Assembly (NCBI GenBank): GCA_964367145.1 | Contig: CAYIWJ010000003.1 | Location: 1 to 51,366, forward strand | Origin: an uncultured Candidatus Saccharibacteria bacterium | Lineage (GTDB): Bacteria > Patescibacteriota > Minisyncoccia > UBA6257 > 1-14-0-10-40-38 | Reading direction: 5' to 3' | Length of the DNA stretch: 51,366 nt | In this document: in pieces, positions 7,642-15,395 of the stretch | How positions within the stretch are numbered: the stretch's first letter is position 1 | Layout: every line of letters starts with the position of its first letter | Made by a program: the position numbers and the translations under genes | Notes under the pieces: model-generated | Told to the model about the DNA's origin: nothing | Seen by the model: the letters and a program-made list of their open reading frames with translations, nothing else | Database searches by the model: none

Positions 7642-9294
7642 ATGAAAAAAGACGTCAACATTTTCGGTAAGGTTAATTTCCGCAACGAGGTTAAAAAATT
7701 CGGCATTAAAGCCGATGATCGCCGCCGCCATATGTATATCATTGGCAAAACCGGCATGGGCAAAACGACCATTTTGGAAAACATGGTCTATAGCGACATT
7801 CAAGCCGGTCACGGCGTTGGCGTGGTTGATCCTCACGGCGAGTTTGCCGAGAAAATCTTAGATTTTATTCCCGAACATCGGCTGGATGATGTTGTCTATT
7901 TCAATCCCTCGGACATTGATCACCCGATCGGCTTTAATCCCATTGAGCAAGTCGGCAACGAGTTCCGCCACTTAATCGCCTCAAGTATCATGGGCGTTTT
8001 CAAAAAAATCTGGCCGGATGTCTGGTCATCCCGCATGGAATATATTTTAAACAACGCTCTTTTAGCTCTTTTAGAATATCCCGATTCCACCTTGCTTGGG
8101 ATTATGCGTCTCTTAAACGATAAGGAATACCGCCGCCGGATCGTGGAAAATCTACAGGATCCGGTCATTAAGAGTTTCTGGGTCAATGAATTTTCCCGTT
8201 ATTCGCAAAAGTTTGAAACCGAAGCCACCGCCGCCATTCAAAACAAAATCGGGCAGTTTATTTCCAATCCCTTGATTCGCAACATCTTGGGGCAAAGTCA
8301 GTCGGCGATTAGTATGCGCAAAATTATGGACGAAAAGAAAATCCTCATCGTCAACTTGTCCAAAGGCAAGATGGGGGAGGATAACTCGGCTTTACTCGGC
8401 TCTATGATCATCACCCGACTCCAGCTGGCCGCTATGTCGCGCGTGGATATTCCAGAAAAGGATCGCAAAGACTTTTATCTCTACGTTGACGAATTTCAGA
8501 ACTTCGCCACCGATTCTTTTGCCAACATCTTGTCCGAGGCCAGGAAATATCGCCTTTGTTTGATTTTGGCCCATCAATATATTAGCCAACTGACCCATGA
8601 CGGCAACACCAAAGTCCGTGATGCGGTCTTTGGCAACGTCGGCACAATCGTCACCTTCCGCATTGGCGCCGAAGACGCCGAGTTTCTGGAAAAAGAATTT
8701 TTACCCGATTTCACCGCCAACGATCTGGTCAATCTCCCTAAATATAATACTTACATCAAACTTCTTATAGACGGCATGGCCTCCCGTCCATTTTCCGCCG
8801 AGATGCTCCCGCCTTTTCCGAGTATGGAAAAAACCTTCAAGGAAACGCTTATCAAAAATTCCCGAACCAAATACGGCACGCCACGCCAAGTAGTGGAAAA
8901 AAACATCGCCGGAGAATGGATGGAAGATATGAACGCCATGGACGAAAGAATGGGTCGCCGCTCCGAACCGTCGCCTCCAGAGCGCGGTTTTAACAATAGC
9001 CCAAGTCGCTCGCCGATGAGTGGCAACGCTCCAAGTAGCCGTCCGCCAATCCGTCAACCTTCCCAGCCGCCGGCAAACAGGCCCATGCCGATACAGCCCA
9101 TGAATCGTCGCCCAGACAACCGAGAAGCGCCACCGGCACCTCCGCTCGAAAAACGCGAAAAAAAAGAAGTGAACTTGTCTGATCTGCGAAAATCCATTGA
9201 CGAGGCGCTCAAGAAAAACAATCAAGAAATCATCGAAGCCGAAAAAACTCGAGTAAGTTTTCTCAAAGACCCGGAGCTGGAAGAAGAAGTTTAG
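7642..9294 (+). CDS. VirD4/TraD/TraG-like (type IV coupling-protein-like) P-loop NTPase with a Pro/Arg/Ser-rich C-terminal tail
   Basis: Walker A GKTGMGKTT, VVDPHGEF, Walker B LYVDEFQNF and ILAHQYISQL. Paralog of the C-terminal half of 35232..37532. Confidence 0.75.
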   Translation: MKKDVNIFGKVNFRNEVKKFGIKADDRRRHMYIIGKTGMGKTTILENMVYSDIQAGHGVGVVDPHGEFAEKILDFIPEHRLDDVVYFNPSDIDHPIGFNPIEQVGNEFRHLIASSIMGVFKKIWPDVWSSRMEYILNNALLALLEYPDSTLLGIMRLLNDKEYRRRIVENLQDPVIKSFWVNEFSRYSQKFETEATAAIQNKIGQFISNPLIRNILGQSQSAISMRKIMDEKKILIVNLSKGKMGEDNSALLGSMIITRLQLAAMSRVDIPEKDRKDFYLYVDEFQNFATDSFANILSEARKYRLCLILAHQYISQLTHDGNTKVRDAVFGNVGTIVTFRIGAEDAEFLEKEFLPDFTANDLVNLPKYNTYIKLLIDGMASRPFSAEMLPPFPSMEKTFKETLIKNSRTKYGTPRQVVEKNIAGEWMEDMNAMDERMGRRSEPSPPERGFNNSPSRSPMSGNAPSSRPPIRQPSQPPANRPMPIQPMNRRPDNREAPPAPPLEKREKKEVNLSDLRKSIDEALKKNNQEIIEAEKTRVSFLKDPELEEEV

Positions 9295-9335
9295 GGTTAA
9301 GTTCCAGCTATATTTGAATCGAGACGGGATATAAT

Positions 9336-9908
9336 TTAGCGCGCTTTTTCTACTCGCTCCACATAGGTTCCTAGTTCAGTATTAATCCGCACAACATCTC
9401 CGTCGTTTACAAAGAGCGGCACTTGAACATCAGCGCCGGTTTCCACGGTCGCGGTTTTGGTGCCTCCTTGAGCGGTGTTGCCGCGCTCTCCGGGAGGAGT
9501 GGAAGTCACTTTAAGCTCAACCTTAATCGGCACATCAACGCCAATGATCTTTTCGCCAAACTTTACGAGCGACACCTCGCTGTTTGGCTTCAAAAACTGA
9601 CCCTTCACGCCGACCAGCTCCCCACTTAAGGCAAAACGATTCGCTGGATTTTTAGGATCGTTAAACCAATACTCCCCGCGATTCTGATAAATATATTTAA
9701 CCAGTTGTTTTTCAATCTCCGCCTCCTCAAAGTTCTCATTCTGGTGAAAGTTTCGCTCCACTATTTTTCCGGAAATCAGATTTTTAATCTTGGTCTTGGT
9801 TACCGGCTTCCGTTGTTGCATCCTCAAAAAAGCATACTCCAAAACCTCGTACGGCTCGCCCTCAAGTACGAAGATTATTCCCTTTTTAAGATCGTTGTAG
9901 CTAAGCAT
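9336..9908 (-). CDS. efp: elongation factor P
   Basis: MLSYNDLKKG..LEGEPYEV N-terminus and a three-domain length. The tip loop is atypical (see findings). Confidence 0.85.
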   Translation of the reverse strand: MLSYNDLKKGIIFVLEGEPYEVLEYAFLRMQQRKPVTKTKIKNLISGKIVERNFHQNENFEEAEIEKQLVKYIYQNRGEYWFNDPKNPANRFALSGELVGVKGQFLKPNSEVSLVKFGEKIIGVDVPIKVELKVTSTPPGERGNTAQGGTKTATVETGADVQVPLFVNDGDVVRINTELGTYVERVEKAR

Positions 9909-10036
9909 GAGTCTAAAAATTGCGACCGCATTTAAACGGCATCTTCTGTATAAAGCAGAGGCATTCTAACAAAAAAACATTCTACCCGCAAGTTTTTTAG
10001 GCTACCCCGTCTCTCTGAAAGGAATGTGTCCGAGTC

Positions 10037-10196
10037 CTGCTTTTTCCCCCACAGCCCACTCCGACCAGCTATTTTCCAGCTCATTCATAAAGAGTTTTTG
10101 TCACCCTATTCGCTTGAGCTCGGGGTACCCGACAAAAACTCTATTCATTCGCAGAAAATGACGCTAGTCTCCGCGGTGGCTGTGGGGAAAAAGCAG
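10037..10196. ncRNA. candidate rod-shaped structured RNA (6S-like architecture), strand unresolved
   Basis: A 19-bp closing helix pairs 10037-10056 with 10178-10196, with one bulged C. Inner helices, an internal bubble and a 12-bp terminal stem (10091-10102/10131-10142) follow. Confidence 0.3.
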
Positions 10197-10246
10197 TCCG
10201 AGCGTTAACCTTGTCAGGTTATATAATTTTATGCCAGAGTTTGCCA

Positions 10247-11323
10247 ATGAAGAAAACCGACCAAAAGGTCTTCGTGGGAATGTCCGGTGGCGTTGATTCC
10301 AGCGTTGCCGCCGCGCTCTTAAAAGCAGAAGGCTATCAAGTAACCGGTATTCATTTACGTTGTTACAATGTTGATGGCTGTGCGGAAACCGACGCCGAGG
10401 ACGCCCGCCGCGCCGCCGAAGCTCTAAAAATTCCGTTTTATGTGCTGGATTTTGAAAAGGAGTACAAGGCCAAAGTAGTGGAGTACATGGTTGCTGGTTA
10501 CAAGAGTGGCGAAACGCCGAATCCCGACGTGATGTGCAATAAGGAGATTAAGTTCGGCCTCTTTTACCAAGCCGCGCTGGAACTCGGCGCCGACTTCATC
10601 GCCACCGGACACTACGTAAAATTGATCAAGCGCAAACCAGCTCGTTTATTTACCGCCCGCGATAAAAACAAAGATCAATCCTACTTCCTCTGGACTCTAA
10701 CCCAAGAGCAATTACAGCATTGTCTTTTTCCGATTGGAGAACACGTTAAACCAGAAGTTCGCCGCCTCGCCAAAAAGTTCGGTCTGCCAAATGCCGCCAA
10801 AAAAGATTCCCAAGGCATTTGTTTTTTGGGCCGAGTTTCTTTGCCGGAATTTCTGGGGCGGTATATCAAGCCTCGCGCTGGAAGTATTCTTTCTAAAAAC
10901 GGAGAAGTTTTAGGCACTCACCACGGAGTCCAATTCTATACCATTGGTCAACGCCAAGGGCTTGGTGTCGGGGGAACCTCAAAACCGCTTTACGTGGCCA
11001 AAAAGGACATTAAGAAAAATACACTAACGGTTGTTGAGGGCAAGGATCATCCGGAGTTGTTTCAAAAAGAAGTTATTTTGACCGACCTAAATTTTATTTC
11101 TTCACCCACATCCTTCTCTCGTACTTCTCGCCCCAAAGCTTCTATATCTGTTATGGCTCGCCTCCGTTATCGCCAGCCTCTAGCCAAGGCGATACTTCGA
11201 ATGACCGGCAGAAATTCCGCCAAGCTTATTTTTGAATCACCCCAAAAATTCGTCGCTCCCGGCCAATCCGCCGTTTTTTATTCCAAATCAGGTGAGATGC
11301 TCGGCGGGGGAGTGATTATCTAA
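10247..11323 (+). CDS. mnmA: tRNA 2-thiouridine(34) synthase MnmA
   Basis: PP-loop GMSGGVDSS, catalytic Cys contexts (NPDVMCN, GICF) and typical length. ATG 10247 chosen inside ORF 10211..11323. Confidence 0.9.
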   Translation: MKKTDQKVFVGMSGGVDSSVAAALLKAEGYQVTGIHLRCYNVDGCAETDAEDARRAAEALKIPFYVLDFEKEYKAKVVEYMVAGYKSGETPNPDVMCNKEIKFGLFYQAALELGADFIATGHYVKLIKRKPARLFTARDKNKDQSYFLWTLTQEQLQHCLFPIGEHVKPEVRRLAKKFGLPNAAKKDSQGICFLGRVSLPEFLGRYIKPRAGSILSKNGEVLGTHHGVQFYTIGQRQGLGVGGTSKPLYVAKKDIKKNTLTVVEGKDHPELFQKEVILTDLNFISSPTSFSRTSRPKASISVMARLRYRQPLAKAILRMTGRNSAKLIFESPQKFVAPGQSAVFYSKSGEMLGGGVII

Positions 11324-11378
11324 AATAGAAAACTAATCACTCTCTTCATTTACTCTTATACTCTTAATTCCTCCTTCA

Positions 11379-11407
11379 TTGACAGAGTTGGCAATAAAGT
11401 CTAGAGT
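11379..11407 (+). promoter_or_regulatory. promoter TTGACA-N17-TAGAGT
   Basis: Hexamers at 11379-11384 and 11402-11407. Confidence 0.45.
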
Positions 11408-11473
11408 TATTGAAAGTTGGCAAGAGCCACTTTATAGACACGGTTCTTTGTCAATTAAATAAAGGAGAAAATA

Positions 11474-12568
11474 ATGGAAGAAGCAGAATTGCTGGCTCGC
11501 CTCGAGTCTGTAAAAAAGATCAAGACTCAACACGGCGTCGGCACCGAAAAAGCCTGGCTCTTCATGCGGGTAAAAGAGCGTTACGCAAAAATTGCAGACG
11601 AAATAATGAAAGAAGCGGGATTCAAATTCGATCGACTGAGCGCGGAGAATTTTATCAAAGGCTTAGTTATATTCGGGGAAAAAATGATGGCCGCCCTCGA
11701 GCAATTTCTTGGTTATCTGGCGGTGGTGAATAGCACGCCCGAAGATTTAAGTTTATCCTCCAATCATCGAATTATTGGATCAGAAGACAGCACTCAACAT
11801 GAAGAAGGCGAGGGTTTCTATCTCTGGATCATAGACGAAAAGGTGCTCGTGAAAGCGTTTATAGATCGCATATGCAATCTTGGATCACCTACGGCAAACA
11901 TCTTTGAATCACTCATGGATGTGCCTCTCCTCTTACTCAAAGGAGCCAAGGAAGTTATTTCTCTTCGTGATTTTGCCGAGAATAAAATCTTCCGGCAGAG
12001 TGTTGAAGAAAACTTTTGGAATGAAGTCGATGTAGCTTTAGCATTTCAAAGTGAAGATGTTGAGGATCAAGAGGAGGTAGATCGCCTTCTCAAACTTCAA
12101 GAGGCTTACCAAAAGGAAGACCTGTATCTTTGTCACGAGATATTGAAGGAACTTAGTCCCACGCTCGCCTTTTGCGACAATGTCTCGTTTTTCAAAGAGT
12201 GGCTTTCGCATAATTTTTCAGATCTGGAATTATCTTGCTTTTTTGATGGCCACTATGAGCGCGCCGAGCGCGAAGGAACGCTAAGGCGTCTAGAGATAGA
12301 ACGCCGCATCGCGATTTCAGCAGTTAATAAGATTTCCAGAAAAGGAATCTCGCCCGAAGACATGGTAGACCGAGCTGCTAAAAAAGAAATGGAGAGTTTG
12401 GGGAGGCGGCAAAGTAGATTGCAAAATTTCCTTAATGGAGTGGCTGAGCCTTGCATCATAGAAGCCGAAAAGCAAATGGTAGCAGAGTCTCGCTATATCT
12501 GTGTTGCTCTCAAAAAAAATCGCCGCTGGCTTATTGACGAAATATCAATTGGTCTGGCGGAAAGTTAG
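11474..12568 (+). CDS. hypothetical acidic protein
   Basis: 364-aa ORF. GGAGAA lies upstream of the ATG. No recognisable motif. Confidence 0.55.
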   Translation: MEEAELLARLESVKKIKTQHGVGTEKAWLFMRVKERYAKIADEIMKEAGFKFDRLSAENFIKGLVIFGEKMMAALEQFLGYLAVVNSTPEDLSLSSNHRIIGSEDSTQHEEGEGFYLWIIDEKVLVKAFIDRICNLGSPTANIFESLMDVPLLLLKGAKEVISLRDFAENKIFRQSVEENFWNEVDVALAFQSEDVEDQEEVDRLLKLQEAYQKEDLYLCHEILKELSPTLAFCDNVSFFKEWLSHNFSDLELSCFFDGHYERAEREGTLRRLEIERRIAISAVNKISRKGISPEDMVDRAAKKEMESLGRRQSRLQNFLNGVAEPCIIEAEKQMVAESRYICVALKKNRRWLIDEISIGLAES

Positions 12569-12662
12569 TCGCAATCAAGTTTCCAGTCATAACCCGCTTA
12601 CTGTCCACAAAACATCCGGCGGGTTTTATTTTGCCCACTATACAGGGGTAGGCTTGGCGCTC

Positions 12663-12692
12663 TTGACAAGATTCATATTTATACACTAGAAT
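12663..12692 (+). promoter_or_regulatory. promoter TTGACA-N18-TAGAAT
   Basis: Hexamers at 12663-12668 and 12687-12692. Confidence 0.45.
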
Positions 12693-12774
12693 AAAAACAA
12701 GTTGGGATGGCGTCAAAACCTCCCAATTCTCCGGTTCAATCCAGCTCTTTACCAAAGCAAGAAAAGAGGCATTC

Positions 12775-13218
12775 ATGGTGATCTTTGGGATTCTTACTGT
12801 TGTCTTAGGATTTTTAGCTGTGGCTAGATTGGGTTTCATCATTCATAAAAACAATGTGAAGAATGATAATAGTGATCTCTCCAACTCTGTCGTTTATGCT
12901 TTTGGGGTTACTCTTTGTTTATTGGTTCTTGGAGTCACAATGATTATTAGTGGTGCTGACTGGCGTTCAAAGGGTTTCGCCCGCGCGGCATTAGAACTCA
13001 AGCAAAAAGAGATCTACGAGAACCTCAGCATCGTCGAAGTCAAGACCGGTCCAGAGAATAACAAGGTAAGCGCCTTTGCCTTCATTCGTGATCGCGATGG
13101 CGAAATGCGCTTATATGAGCTTGAGAAGGCGATGCCACCCTTGGGTTACTTCAAGGTCCTGGGCGACGGCGCTTACGCTTCTCTGACAGCCACACCCGCC
13201 TCACAGCCTGCCAAGTAG
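12775..13218 (+). CDS. hypothetical membrane protein (2 TM helices plus a soluble C-domain)
   Basis: Two hydrophobic helices near the N-terminus. A terminator follows directly. Confidence 0.55.
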   Translation: MVIFGILTVVLGFLAVARLGFIIHKNNVKNDNSDLSNSVVYAFGVTLCLLVLGVTMIISGADWRSKGFARAALELKQKEIYENLSIVEVKTGPENNKVSAFAFIRDRDGEMRLYELEKAMPPLGYFKVLGDGAYASLTATPASQPAK

Positions 13219-13223
13219 TCTCC

Positions 13224-13252
13224 GCCCCCGATAAAAAACGGGGGCTTTTTTT
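13224..13252 (+). terminator. rho-independent terminator
   Basis: Stem GCCCCCG/CGGGGGC plus a T-run. Confidence 0.75.
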
Positions 13253-13291
13253 AGGAAAAAGATTAGCCACGGTCCAGGCTTTGCTATACTA

Positions 13292-13451
13292 AAATCATGC
13301 CAATCATCTTCACCGGCAACGGCAAGGGTTTAGAAAAATAACGAATAAGATGAGTGTAATTTTTCTTAATACCGACGATTTAGGTATAAGATAAATAAAC
13401 GGGTAAAATATATAAATCATGCTAATCGTCTTCACCGGCAACGGCAAAGGT
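13292..13451 (+). repeat. direct duplication of the 5' end of the cobO-like gene (copies 13292..13329 and 13414..13451)
   Basis: AAATCATGCCAATCATCTTCACCGGCAACGGCAAGGGT vs AAATCATGCTAATCGTCTTCACCGGCAACGGCAAAGGT. The copies are 122 bp apart with 3 mismatches. Confidence 0.85.
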
Positions 13452-13946
13452 AAAACCACCGCCGCCTTAGGCCAAGCCGCCCGCATGGTTGGTCGCGGCA
13501 AAAAAGCTCTAATGATCCAATTCATTAAAGGTCCGTGGAAGTCCGGCGAAGACAAGGTAATTATCCAAAAACCGGAAAGCCAACCCGGATTTGAACTCCG
13601 CAAGCGAGGTCTTGGCTTTGTTGGCATTTTAGGCGATTCACTTCCGATTGAAGACCACAAAAAAGCCGCCGAAATGGCCTTGCGCGAAGCCGAAGTCGAA
13701 ATCCAAAAAAATATCTGGGATCTGATTGTTTTGGACGAAATAAATAATGCCGCGCACCTAAATCTTGTAACAGCGGATGAAGTTTTAAGAGTTATCAAAA
13801 AACTTCCTCAAGAAAAATTTTTAATTCTGACCGGTCGCGACGCACCCGAAGTTTTTATCAAAGCCGCCCATCTGGTTACCGAAATGAAAGAAATTAAACA
13901 TCCGTTCAATGACGGCGTTATGGCAAAAATCGCGCTGGAATTTTAG
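13419..13946 (+). CDS. cobO: cob(I)yrinic acid a,c-diamide adenosyltransferase family (CobO/BtuR-like) P-loop protein
   Basis: N-terminus FTGNGKGKTTAALGQA..RGKK..IQFIKG and DEINNA are typical of the CobA/CobO/BtuR family. Confidence 0.7.
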   Translation: MLIVFTGNGKGKTTAALGQAARMVGRGKKALMIQFIKGPWKSGEDKVIIQKPESQPGFELRKRGLGFVGILGDSLPIEDHKKAAEMALREAEVEIQKNIWDLIVLDEINNAAHLNLVTADEVLRVIKKLPQEKFLILTGRDAPEVFIKAAHLVTEMKEIKHPFNDGVMAKIALEF

Positions 13947-13952
13947 CGGGAT

Positions 13953-15395
13953 ATGCCCATCCACGAAAAAGCCTTTTGGTGGATGGCGGGCTTTATCTGC
14001 GGCATCTATGCCGCAACTTCCGGTTTAGACAACCCGTGGAGCATCTTGCCCTACCTTCTATCCGGCGCTTTGGTTACGGAACTTATTCTCTGGCATTACA
14101 AGACAAATATAAAGTTCTTAATCGCAAGCGCTCTCATTGCCGGATTTTTCTACTCGGTAGGATACGGCTTTCTTGTTAATCAGAATCAAACCGTGCCGGT
14201 TAGCGGTGCGGTCTTTCAGGCATCGGGTCGGGTCGCCGAAGTTCGAGCGGGTTTAGATTCCCAGCGAATTTTCCTAAGTCTCCAACCACCCCAAAACGGC
14301 CGCCTCGAGGTATTGGTTGGAAAATTTCCCGAACTTCGGTATGGCGATCAAGTTTCGGTTAAGGGAAAAATCACCGCCATACCGAATGAAAAACACTCCT
14401 ACGCTTTAAGGCATCAACTCATCGGAAGTCTTATCTTCCCCGAAGTTCTTATAGAAAATCGTGGCGGCGGAAATCCGGTTAAAAGAAAATTGGAAGAAGC
14501 ACAGCAAGCAGTCAAAAATACCCTCCGCAAAATTCTGCCCGCCGAAGAATCTTCCTTTGTTGCTGGTTTGCTTCTTGGTGATACTAGCGGTTTCTCTAAA
14601 AACTTTCGCGACTCAATTAGAAAAGCCGGTGTTAGTCATATCGTCGCCTTATCCGGCTACAACATAACTATCATCATCCAGTCAGTTGCCTTGCTTTTGC
14701 TCGGAATCGTTCCTCGTCGCGCTGTTTTTGCCCTAACAATTTTAGTGGCGCTGGGATTTGTCATTATGACCGGCGCCGACGCCTCTATTGTTCGCGCCGC
14801 CATCATGGCGCTCGTAGTTGGTCTCGCTTCGCAGACCGAAAAAATCTACAGCGCGAGAAACGCCATTGCGCTTACCGGTCTAGTAATGCTTCTTATTAAC
14901 CCCTATCTTTTGCTCGGCGATATTGGCTTTCAACTCTCCTTTTTGGCTCTTATTGGAATCTTTTATCTCGCCCCCGCTTTGCGTAAGATTTTTCATTTAG
15001 GTTTCAATTCCGGAGTTTGGCACTGGCGAGAAAACGCGGTCAATACGATTGCGGCGCAAGCCGCGGTTTTTCCCATTCTCGCCATGAGTTTCAAAACTAT
15101 CTCACTAGTTTCTATTTTGGCCAATGTTATCATTTTACCGCTTATACCGCTCACCATGCTTCTCTCCGCGGCCACTCTCGCGGTTTATGTCTTGAACTCC
15201 GCCTTAGGGCAACTCCTCGCTGAATTGCTAAAATTAGTCATGCGCGCCGAAATAAAGCTCATTGATTTTTTAAGCGCCAACGCGGGAGCGATTCAAATCA
15301 ATGCCCTAAGTGAAATCGCCACGGTATTTTATTTTTTTGCCCTGCTTGCCATCGTCTTTTACGGTCAAAAAAAATTAACGACTTATGAATCATAA
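13953..15395 (+). CDS. comEC: ComEC/Rec2 family competence protein (membrane channel part)
   Basis: Polytopic membrane protein with a competence-domain pattern (SGYNITII, MTGADASIVRAAIMA). Confidence 0.8.
   Translation: MPIHEKAFWWMAGFICGIYAATSGLDNPWSILPYLLSGALVTELILWHYKTNIKFLIASALIAGFFYSVGYGFLVNQNQTVPVSGAVFQASGRVAEVRAGLDSQRIFLSLQPPQNGRLEVLVGKFPELRYGDQVSVKGKITAIPNEKHSYALRHQLIGSLIFPEVLIENRGGGNPVKRKLEEAQQAVKNTLRKILPAEESSFVAGLLLGDTSGFSKNFRDSIRKAGVSHIVALSGYNITIIIQSVALLLLGIVPRRAVFALTILVALGFVIMTGADASIVRAAIMALVVGLASQTEKIYSARNAIALTGLVMLLINPYLLLGDIGFQLSFLALIGIFYLAPALRKIFHLGFNSGVWHWRENAVNTIAAQAAVFPILAMSFKTISLVSILANVIILPLIPLTMLLSAATLAVYVLNSALGQLLAELLKLVMRAEIKLIDFLSANAGAIQINALSEIATVFYFFALLAIVFYGQKKLTTYES

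Noticed and set aside
8701-9225. 174-aa antisense ORF and 91-aa ORF 8751..9026 (-)
   Set aside because: They lie antisense to the Pro/Arg-rich tail of the ATPase and are a compositional artefact.
10026-10208. 60-aa ORF between efp and mnmA
   Set aside because: It coincides exactly with a long-range helical RNA-like structure, has no RBS, and its composition looks non-protein-like.
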